64,000 nucleotides of DNA from a virus (taxonomy: Duplodnaviria; Caudoviricetes), in the IMG/VR virus record IMGVR_UViG_3300029267_004155; one strand, given 5' to 3'. Under the pieces are notes generated by a model that saw nothing but the letters and a program-made list of their open reading frames with translations, was not told the DNA's origin and ran no database searches. Below, in pieces: positions 56,869 to 64,000 of the stretch. A program made the position numbers and the translations under genes. The first letter of the stretch is position 1. Each line of letters starts with the position of its first letter.

Positions 56869-57466
56869 GAATGGCCTGCGCTGGATGGGCGAGAGCCTGG
56901 AGAAGGTGAGGGGCGCTCCGGTGGTGCTGAAGCCGGAGGTCCACAGGGACGGCCGCGGGTATTTCGTGGAGACGTTCAACGAGCGGGACTTCCACGAGGC
57001 GCTAGGCTCGAAGGTCGGCGCCTTTGTTCAGGACAACGAGTCCATGTCGGCCATGGGGACCTTCAGGGGCCTCCACTACCAGATCGGGAACCCTGGGCAG
57101 GCCAAGCTGGTCCGGGTGTCCAGCGGGGCCGCGTACGACTTCGTGATGGATGTCAGGGAGGGGTCTCCAACCTTCGGGGAGTGGGGAGTCGCCTGCCTGA
57201 ACCATGAGAGCAAGTGGCAGATGTACATACCGGCCGGCTTCGCCCACGGCTTTCTGGCGACGGGGCAGCCGACCGTCTTCTCCTACAAGGTGGACTGCTA
57301 CCGGGAGAAGGAGAACGAGAGGGGCGTGAGATGGGACGATCCGGAGATAGGGATCGAGGAGTGGCTGATGGCCGGACATTGGTCCCGGAAGGAGGGCATG
57401 AGCCTGTCGAAGAGGGACATGGCGCTTCCGACTCTGGGGAGCTGCGAGCCTTCGCCGACGGCATGA
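56852..57466 (+). CDS. rmlC: dTDP-4-dehydrorhamnose 3,5-epimerase
   Basis: DGRGYFVE, FVQDNES, RGLHYQ, QAKLVR, GSPTFG, GFAHGF, WDDPEIGI. Confidence 0.95.
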   Translation: MMRKVENGLRWMGESLEKVRGAPVVLKPEVHRDGRGYFVETFNERDFHEALGSKVGAFVQDNESMSAMGTFRGLHYQIGNPGQAKLVRVSSGAAYDFVMDVREGSPTFGEWGVACLNHESKWQMYIPAGFAHGFLATGQPTVFSYKVDCYREKENERGVRWDDPEIGIEEWLMAGHWSRKEGMSLSKRDMALPTLGSCEPSPTA

Positions 57467-57693
57467 TCCGGGGGATGGTCGAGGGGCTCGGGCTGCCGGC
57501 TCCGCTCTTTGGGATCGACCTCGGGGAGCCTGGCGGGGACAGGACCGTCCACGCGGTCGCCGACCGGGAGGGGCATGCCAAGGCCTTCGCCGAGAAGGCC
57601 CGGGAGGAAGGCGAGGAGGTCATGAAGGCCATGATCATGAACAACGAGCTCAAGGGAGCCGTGCAGGCGGGAGACGAGGAAATTGAAGGTTGA
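57463..57693 (+). CDS. Small hypothetical protein
   Basis: ATGA overlap; fills the gap. Confidence 0.5.
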   Translation: MIRGMVEGLGLPAPLFGIDLGEPGGDRTVHAVADREGHAKAFAEKAREEGEEVMKAMIMNNELKGAVQAGDEEIEG

Positions 57694-58429
57694 ACACCTG
57701 TCGGCGTCGAGGATCAAGACCTACGAGCAGTGCCAGCTCAAGTACCACGCCATCTACGACCTGAAGGTGCCGGAGGGCGAGCCTCATCCCCTGACCATCA
57801 TGGGGAAGGCCATCCACTGGGTCTTCGAGGACGGCGTCCTGAAAATGATAGGCGGACAGGTCGTGAACCTCCTGGAGACGGTCGAGCCGGCCTGCGAGAA
57901 GTTCAAGGTGGATGCGGACCTGTGGCCGCTCGCCCTGGAGCTGGTAGGGAACGGCATCCGGTGGGGCGCCCTGAGGAGGGTTGGCAGCACCATGGAGTGC
58001 GAGGTCGGGTTCGACGTGGAGCTGGCCGAGGACGTGAAGGCGGTCGGCTACATCGACCGGGTGGACTCCATGGCCGGCGGCCTGGACGTCCTGGACTACA
58101 AGAGCCAGAAGCGGGAGTTCGACGACGCGAAGCTGCCCGAGGACTGGCAGGCCCGCATCTACAACATCGCCGTCCGGGACAAGTATGCGGTGACGGGGAA
58201 CGTCAGGGTCTCCTTCTGGGTGCTGCGTCACAGGGTCCAGAGAGTGCTGAAGACGGCTGAGGACGCGAGGCGAGACCGGAAGGTCCTGATCGACCTGGCG
58301 GCCGAGATAAGGGCCTGTGACGATCCCGTGGCGTCTCCGTCGGCGCTGTGTCCGTGGTGCCCGTACCTGCCCAGGTGCGCGGAGGCCAAGAAGAGCAAGA
58401 AGCAAAGGTTCAAGGAGCGCTATGGCTGA
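57683..58429 (+). CDS. Cas4/AddB-like PD-(D/E)XK exonuclease with Fe-S cysteines
   Basis: LSASRI..Y.QC, G..IH, GYIDRVD, LDYKS, Q..IY, CPWCPYLPRC. Confidence 0.88.
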   Translation: MKVEHLSASRIKTYEQCQLKYHAIYDLKVPEGEPHPLTIMGKAIHWVFEDGVLKMIGGQVVNLLETVEPACEKFKVDADLWPLALELVGNGIRWGALRRVGSTMECEVGFDVELAEDVKAVGYIDRVDSMAGGLDVLDYKSQKREFDDAKLPEDWQARIYNIAVRDKYAVTGNVRVSFWVLRHRVQRVLKTAEDARRDRKVLIDLAAEIRACDDPVASPSALCPWCPYLPRCAEAKKSKKQRFKERYG

Positions 58430-59012
58430 CATGGAGTTTCAGAGGGTGCCGGTGACTCATGCGACGGTGGGGCTAGACTTGTCCCTGGCGGCGACGGGGG
58501 TCTGCGTTAGGCAGGGTCAGGTGATATCGGTTGAGACGCTGAGGACGACGCCGAGGACGTGCGGGAGCGACCTGCTGAGGTTGGCGCACATCAGGGACGA
58601 GGTGATGTCCCGCATCCCGGCCTGCACCGCCATGGTCTGCGTCGAGGACATCTTCATGCCCCGGCAGCAGGCCAGGATCAGGCAGGCCATCAACCTGGCG
58701 CAGCTGGCCGGGGTGGTGCGCGTGGCCCTGGTGGAGGCGGGCTTCCCGTTCTTCGTGGTCGGGGATGGCCAGCTCAAGAAGTACGCCTGCGGCAAGGGCT
58801 CGGGGGTCCAGAAGAGCATCATCGTCCGGGAGGTGTACCGGAAGTGGGGCGTCGAGGCGAAGGACGACAACCAGGCCGATGGATGTGTGCTCGCCTATCT
58901 TGCTGAGACGATCTTTCAGATAAGAAGAGGCGAAGATGTTTCGCATTTGCCCAAGTACCAGATAGATGTAGCCAGAAAGGTGATAAAGGAAAGGCCTAGG
59001 TACAATGTCTGA
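58422..59012 (+). CDS. RuvC-like Holliday junction resolvase
   Basis: GLDLSLAATG, CVED, LKKYACGKG, DDNQADG. Confidence 0.85.
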   Translation: MADMEFQRVPVTHATVGLDLSLAATGVCVRQGQVISVETLRTTPRTCGSDLLRLAHIRDEVMSRIPACTAMVCVEDIFMPRQQARIRQAINLAQLAGVVRVALVEAGFPFFVVGDGQLKKYACGKGSGVQKSIIVREVYRKWGVEAKDDNQADGCVLAYLAETIFQIRRGEDVSHLPKYQIDVARKVIKERPRYNV

Positions 59013-60951
59013 GGAGTGGGTCGTCGTTGTCACCGAGAGGAACGTCTGGCCTCCGGAGCACGGGTGCGACGCGAGGATCGTCAGGATGCTGAAGGGATGG
59101 AGGGCCTCGGGTTTCCGGGTGTGCCTGGTCGGCAGCTCCCTTGCCGGGGTGGCCGCGGCCGGGGACCTGGTCGACGACCTGGTCCTGGTCGGGGACGGCC
59201 CGCTCTGGGACTACTGCATGGACCTGGACCACTTCGACTTCTGGAGCTACCTGGTCCCGGTGGCCGACGCGTGCGCCAGGCACTCGGCCGTGGCGGCCGT
59301 GGCGGAGTACGTCTGGATGGCCCCGGCCCTGAGGTGCGTCCCGCAGGGGGTCGTCAGGGTGGTGGACACCCACGACCTGATGCACCGCCGGCGGGAGATA
59401 TACGAGGATCACGACATCGAGCCGTGGATCAGGGTGAGTCGGGAGGAGGAGGCCGCGATCCTGTCCGGGGCCGACGTCGTCGTGGCCATCCAGGAGGACG
59501 AGGCCGTGGAGTTCCGGGACATGATGCCCGGGACGTGCGTCGTGGTCGCGGGGCACTGGGTCGACGAGCCGCCGGCGATTCGTGTCGCCGTCCGCGACGA
59601 GGTGATGTTCGTGGGCTCCGACAACCCGTCCAACGAGCACTGCCTGCGGAAGTTCGTGGAGGAGACGTGGCCGCTGGTCCTGGACGAGGTCCCGGACGCG
59701 GTCCTGAAGGTATACGGGAAGGTGGCCGGGATCGACGACTTCTCGGCGTTCAAGGGAGTCGAGCCCGTCGGCTTCGTCGACGACCTGGCCTCGGCCTACG
59801 CCCAGGCGAAGGTGGTGGTCAACCCGGTGGCGCTGGGCACCGGCCTCAAGATCAAGACGGTCGAGGCCCTGGCGGCCGGCAAGGCGGTCGTCTGCACGTC
59901 GGAGGGTTGTTCCGGCATGACGAGGAGCGATGCGTCGTTCCTCGTCGAGGACGACGGGCCCGCGTTCGCGAAGCAGGTGGTTGCCGTCCTTCGGGACGAT
60001 TGCCGGCGTGTCGCGATGGAGGAGGGGGCTGCCTCCTACGCCAGGCGCCACTTCTCCGTGACGGCCGTCATGGGGCCGCTGGCCGCGGAGGTCCGGTCCC
60101 GGGCGCCGAAGGGTCGCGAGGGGTGGGCCGAGCCCAGGAGGAAGGCGAGGACGCCGGTCTTCCTTCACGCCATGGGTGACATGATGCTGGCGAGGGCCGT
60201 GGAGTGCTGGCGGCGCGCCGCGTGGAAGGGCAGCGTCCAGTCCGCGAGGAACCTGGCGTGGGCCTACAAGGAGGGGATCGGCGTGGACCGGGACGGGAAG
60301 ATGGCGGCCATGTGGGTCGGCGTGGCCCGGGGCGACGTCTTTCGGTCGGACCCCCAGATAGGGCAGGACAGGTGGGTGGTCGACCTGCTCGGCGGCATGC
60401 GGGGAGGCTACTTCGTGGACGCCGGGGCGTCGGACGGCCTCGGTGGCAGCAACACCTACGCCCTGGAGAAGCTGTTCGGCTGGGACGGCGTCTGCATCGA
60501 GGCAAGCGCCGAGTTCTATCCGGTCCTGTCGAGAAGCAGGACGTGCGCGTGCGCGTGCGTGTGCCTGTCCGACAGGGTCGGCTTCGAGAGGTTCGCGGAG
60601 GCCGGGTACCACGGCGGCATAGAGGGCCATCTCAAGGAGCACCACCGGGAGCACTGGGGCGGCGCGACGACGAGGGAGGCGCCGGCCGACACGCTGGACT
60701 CGGTCCTGAGGGGCGCGGGGGCGCCGAGGAGGATAGACTACATGTCGGTGGACCTGGAGGGCGGGGAGGTCGCCGTCCTGAACGCGTTCCCGTGGGACGA
60801 GTGGGACGTCCGCTGCATGACCGTCGAGAGGTCGTGTCCGGAGGTCGAGGGCGTCGTGCGCGACGCGGGCTTCGAGATCGTGAGGAGCGACTTCTGCTCG
60901 GAGGACGTGGACTGGGAGCTGCATTGCGTCGGGAGGTCCCGGGATGGCTGA
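59005..60951 (+). CDS. Fusion: GT4 glycosyltransferase + Sel1 repeat + FkbM methyltransferase
   Basis: VDTHD, GTGLKIKTVEALAAG; NLAWAYKEGIGVDRD; QIGQD, FVDAGASDG..SNT..LE...W.G..IE, IDYMSVDLEGGE. Confidence 0.9.
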   Translation: MSEEWVVVVTERNVWPPEHGCDARIVRMLKGWRASGFRVCLVGSSLAGVAAAGDLVDDLVLVGDGPLWDYCMDLDHFDFWSYLVPVADACARHSAVAAVAEYVWMAPALRCVPQGVVRVVDTHDLMHRRREIYEDHDIEPWIRVSREEEAAILSGADVVVAIQEDEAVEFRDMMPGTCVVVAGHWVDEPPAIRVAVRDEVMFVGSDNPSNEHCLRKFVEETWPLVLDEVPDAVLKVYGKVAGIDDFSAFKGVEPVGFVDDLASAYAQAKVVVNPVALGTGLKIKTVEALAAGKAVVCTSEGCSGMTRSDASFLVEDDGPAFAKQVVAVLRDDCRRVAMEEGAASYARRHFSVTAVMGPLAAEVRSRAPKGREGWAEPRRKARTPVFLHAMGDMMLARAVECWRRAAWKGSVQSARNLAWAYKEGIGVDRDGKMAAMWVGVARGDVFRSDPQIGQDRWVVDLLGGMRGGYFVDAGASDGLGGSNTYALEKLFGWDGVCIEASAEFYPVLSRSRTCACACVCLSDRVGFERFAEAGYHGGIEGHLKEHHREHWGGATTREAPADTLDSVLRGAGAPRRIDYMSVDLEGGEVAVLNAFPWDEWDVRCMTVERSCPEVEGVVRDAGFEIVRSDFCSEDVDWELHCVGRSRDG

Positions 60952-63304
60952 GAAGGTCACGTGCGTGGTCTGCGTGAAGACCGCGATGGGGCGTCCGGAC
61001 AGGATGGCGGCGTGCCGGGAGACCTGGATGTCCGGACTCCCGGCGGACTACGCCGTGGTCGAGGTCGTCGGCCGGGACGGGCCGGACGTGCCGAGGCTGG
61101 AGGGCGCCCGGCTCCACGTGGACGCTCCGGACGACTACTGCCATCTTCACCTGAAGGTCTGGGCCATGCTGGTGGCCGTTCCGACGTTCTTCGACTTCGA
61201 GTGGCTCGCCATGGTGGACGACGACACCTACGTCGTCGACCTTCGCGGCATCGTCGGCAACCCGCGAGGCGACGTGGTCGGCTCGTGGCGGAGGGTGACG
61301 CCGGAGTCGGTCGACGGGGTCCGGGGACGGGTGGCTCGCAAGTGCGGGGAGGGGGAGCCGCTCCGGCAGCCGCTCCCGGCCACGTACCCGGACGGGAGCA
61401 TGGTCGTGATGAGCAGGAGGGCCGTGGACCTGTTCCGGTCGGTGCCGCCGGACGAGGTCGAGGACCTCCGGTGGGGTTCCGGCATGGACTCCGTCATGAT
61501 CGGGAACCTGCTGGAGAGGTTCGGCGAGCTGACCAGGGGCGAGCTGGTCGCAGGAGACCACGTCCATGGCCTGGTCGGCGTGGCGCCGGCCGAGATGAGG
61601 GAGCTTCATGGCGCCGTCTCCAGGGGCGAGCGCTGGCGCGTCGGGGACCCGGCCGCCATGGGGAGGCTCTGCTCCGGGGGATGCGCCGAGGAGGCGTTCA
61701 GGGTGTGGATGGCCGGGGCCAGGATGGGGTCGGCCGACTGCGCGGCCGAGGTCTCCAGGTGCCTCCGGGACGGCGACGGGGTCGGGGCGGACGAGGACGG
61801 GGCCGCGGGATGGGACGCCATGGCGTCGCAGATGGTCCCCGGCCTGTCCCTGGTCCACGCAATGCCGTCGACGGGGGCCTCGGTGCTCTGCGCCGTCCTT
61901 GACTCGGTCGAGGGCTTCTCCTGCGCCTGGGACCCGTTCGGGTCGCCGAGGGGCCGCAGGACGGCGTCCCACGCCCCCGCTGACGCGGCGCGGGCCCTGG
62001 CCGAGCTGGCGGCTCCGAGGACTTGCGCCGTCCACAGGGCCGGCTCGGCTTCTCCGGCCGTCGAGGGGGAGATGCTCCGGGAGCCATGGTGCGCCGTGAG
62101 GGTGGTCCTGCTCCGGAGGAGGAACAGGCTTCGCGGGGCGGTCCTGGCGGAGATGAGGGAGAGGGCCCGGGCCTGGGCTCGCGGGGACCATGGCGACGGC
62201 GCCCCGGACTGGACGCTCGACGTCGACGCCGTGAGGGCGAGGATGGGGGAGGAGGGGGAGATGGCGTCCAGGGCCGAGGAGGCGCTGGCGCGGAGGTTCG
62301 CGGACGGGTCCGCCGAGACGTTCTGGTACGAGGACCTGTTCGGGGACGGGAAGGCGCTGCACGAGCGCCGCGGCGCGCTGGCCAGGCTGCTCGGGTTCGT
62401 CGGGGCTCCGAGGCCCCCGCCGGAGCGGGACGCCGAGCTGATGGCGATGCTGGACGTGGTTCCGGACGGCTCCTGGGGCGTCTTCGAGAAGGTCGGCAAC
62501 ATTCACGCCGTCGAGGACGCGCTGGGCTCGGACGAGGACGGCTGGGTCTTCGGGGCCATGAGGCTGGACGACTGCCACCTGGAGCTGATGAGGAGGTATT
62601 TCCAGCTGGAAGGGGACCGATGCCGGTACGGCGTCGGCAGGGAGGTGAACGAGAAGCTGGCCGTCGACTTCTGGACCAGGGGCGTCAGGATGGGCTCCGT
62701 CAGGTGCGTGGCCAACCTGGCCTGGGCCTACAAGGAGGGGATCGGCCTGGACCGGGACCTGGGGAAGGCGGTGGAGCTCTGGGAGAGGGGGGCGGCCGAG
62801 GGCGACGCGGAGTGCGTGCGGCACCTGGCCTGGGCCTACAAGGAGGGCGAGGCCGTCGAGCGGGACATGGCCAGGGCCGTGGGGCTCTGGGAGAGGGGCA
62901 GGGGCATGGGCGACTACGAGTGCGTGAGGCACCTGGCCTGGGCGTGCTCGGAGGGCCTCGGGACGGAGAGGGACGGGGAGAGGGCGGCGTCGATGCTCCA
63001 GGAGCGCGTCGACGAGGGCATGCCCGAGGCGGTCCTGGACCTGATATGGCTGATCGGGCAGGGCAAGGTGGCCAGGCCGGCAGGCACGATCAGGGCTCTT
63101 CTCCGGAAGGGCGCGGCCATGGGGGACGCGGAGTGCATGCGGGGCCTGGCGTGGCAGCTGCGGGAAGGGAGCGACGGGCCGGCGGACGAGGACGAGGCCG
63201 CGAGGTGGGACGAGGCGGCCGCTGAGGCGGTCACCGGCGCAGCGAGTCCCATAGCGACTCCCGGAGGGAGTGGATCGGGACCGTCCCGGACGCCCTCAGC
63301 CTGA
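60944..63304 (+). CDS. Fusion: GT31/Fringe-like glycosyltransferase + Sel1 + sulfotransferase-like + Sel1 repeats
   Basis: RETW, DDYCHLHLKV, WLAMVDDDTYV; AMPSTGAS, LLRRRN, WYEDL; multiple LAWAYKEG.G..RD repeats. Confidence 0.75.
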   Translation: MAEKVTCVVCVKTAMGRPDRMAACRETWMSGLPADYAVVEVVGRDGPDVPRLEGARLHVDAPDDYCHLHLKVWAMLVAVPTFFDFEWLAMVDDDTYVVDLRGIVGNPRGDVVGSWRRVTPESVDGVRGRVARKCGEGEPLRQPLPATYPDGSMVVMSRRAVDLFRSVPPDEVEDLRWGSGMDSVMIGNLLERFGELTRGELVAGDHVHGLVGVAPAEMRELHGAVSRGERWRVGDPAAMGRLCSGGCAEEAFRVWMAGARMGSADCAAEVSRCLRDGDGVGADEDGAAGWDAMASQMVPGLSLVHAMPSTGASVLCAVLDSVEGFSCAWDPFGSPRGRRTASHAPADAARALAELAAPRTCAVHRAGSASPAVEGEMLREPWCAVRVVLLRRRNRLRGAVLAEMRERARAWARGDHGDGAPDWTLDVDAVRARMGEEGEMASRAEEALARRFADGSAETFWYEDLFGDGKALHERRGALARLLGFVGAPRPPPERDAELMAMLDVVPDGSWGVFEKVGNIHAVEDALGSDEDGWVFGAMRLDDCHLELMRRYFQLEGDRCRYGVGREVNEKLAVDFWTRGVRMGSVRCVANLAWAYKEGIGLDRDLGKAVELWERGAAEGDAECVRHLAWAYKEGEAVERDMARAVGLWERGRGMGDYECVRHLAWACSEGLGTERDGERAASMLQERVDEGMPEAVLDLIWLIGQGKVARPAGTIRALLRKGAAMGDAECMRGLAWQLREGSDGPADEDEAARWDEAAAEAVTGAASPIATPGGSGSGPSRTPSA

Positions 63305-64000
63305 ACTCGAAGACTCCCCGCCTCTCCGACGCTTCCGCGAACGGCACCCAGCCGCAGGCCCTGAGGATGCTCGGGACGGCGCGGCTCCGCGCCATCGAGC
63401 CGAGGCCGACCTTCCGGGCCAGCTTGCCGACACCTATCCTGTGGGACCTCCTGCGTCCCTGGTGGGACAGGTGCCACGCCAGGGCCAGCGCCACGCAGCT
63501 CGGGGCCCGGGCCAGCTCCAGCGGGAAGAACCATGGGGAGGACGAGAGGGCCTCCACGTATCTTGGGGAGAGATGGGCCTCGACGTCGTTCCCGCAGACG
63601 GCCGAGCCGAGGAGGTAGTCCTCGGAGACGAGGTCCTCCAGCGCCCGGGAGAGCGAGCGGCCCCAGGAGGTGCCGGGGCTCTTGCCGACCAGCTCGGCGA
63701 ACCGGCGCTTGTGGAACTCGACCATGCGGGCCTCGGGGTCCACGTGGCCGTTCAGGGCGTGCCATCCGATGCCGAGCAGCGTCTGGAACGCCGTCAGTCT
63801 CAATCCTCGGCCCTCTGAGCGGCTGCCGGCCAGGAAAGGGCTCCAGAGCACGCGCGGGGCGGCCGTCCACGCCACGACGGACGCAAGGGCCTTCCTGGAG
63901 GGGGCGCCCCTCGGCCTCCCGCCGGCGTGGAGCCGGTCGTGGCACGCGACGCACAGGGTGACGCCCTCGCACGAGTCGTCGTCGTGCATGGCGACGGCGT
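63231..64000 (-). CDS. HNH-motif + winged-helix (Rep-like) protein, 5' end outside the window
   Basis: GVTLCVACHDRLH; frame open to the window edge; only credible minus-strand gene. Confidence 0.55.
   Translation of the reverse strand, partial: AVAMHDDDSCEGVTLCVACHDRLHAGGRPRGAPSRKALASVVAWTAAPRVLWSPFLAGSRSEGRGLRLTAFQTLLGIGWHALNGHVDPEARMVEFHKRRFAELVGKSPGTSWGRSLSRALEDLVSEDYLLGSAVCGNDVEAHLSPRYVEALSSSPWFFPLELARAPSCVALALAWHLSHQGRRRSHRIGVGKLARKVGLGSMARSRAVPSILRACGWVPFAEASERRGVFEFRLRASGTVPIHSLRESLWDSLRR

Noticed and set aside
57683-58429. Cas4-like nuclease as evidence of a CRISPR-Cas system
   Set aside because: No repeat-spacer array or other cas genes seen; stand-alone Cas4-like exonucleases are common in phage recombination modules
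1497-62932. Many long minus-strand and alternate-frame ORFs (e.g. 3589-7581, 8190-9908, 49099-50979, 60632-62932)
   Set aside because: Shadow ORFs of high-GC coding sequence: Arg/Pro/His-rich, no motifs, fully overlapping well-supported + strand genes
1-64000. tRNA/rRNA genes and stop-codon reassignment
   Set aside because: No cloverleaf or rRNA-like segment recognised in the few intergenic gaps; genes read full-length in the standard code and end in TGA, TAA or TAG

Overview
The window is a high-GC, densely packed segment of a large tailed dsDNA bacteriophage; every called gene but the last is on the + strand. Host-type replication genes (DnaE, DnaB, DnaG, RecA, sigma70-like factor) point to a bacterial host. 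1-8.2 kb: end of the tail module, with the tape-measure C-terminus, a baseplate hub, a collagen-like fibre, a GT2-TPR glycosyltransferase and a BppU-like protein. 8.2-34 kb: replication, recombination and segregation genes, namely SNF2 helicase, DnaB, a dead YhaM homologue, DnaG, a sigma factor, a Hel308-type helicase split around a UDG gene, UvsY-like, gp32-like SSB, RecA, 5'-3' exonuclease, a tubulin/FtsZ-family GTPase, Mre11/SbcD, a ParB-domain protein and DnaE with a 387-aa LAGLIDADG intein. 34-52.8 kb and 59-63.3 kb: a very large glycan-building locus with no evident membrane proteins, holding about 20 glycosyltransferase-like domains plus methyl-, sulfo- and aminotransferases and RmlA; RmlC lies at 56.9 kb. 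52.8-59 kb: nucleases and accessory genes. Best candidate novel systems: (1) a phage-encoded cytoplasmic glycosylation, sulfation and methylation factory, probably decorating the virion; (2) a GGCGTATA(A/G)T promoter class, in several cases placed in the loop of a hairpin that hides the ribosome-binding site, including before both the Mre11 and Rad50 genes; (3) a naturally split Hel308 helicase; (4) tubulin plus ParB without ParA. All functional calls come from motif recognition by eye; no searches were run.
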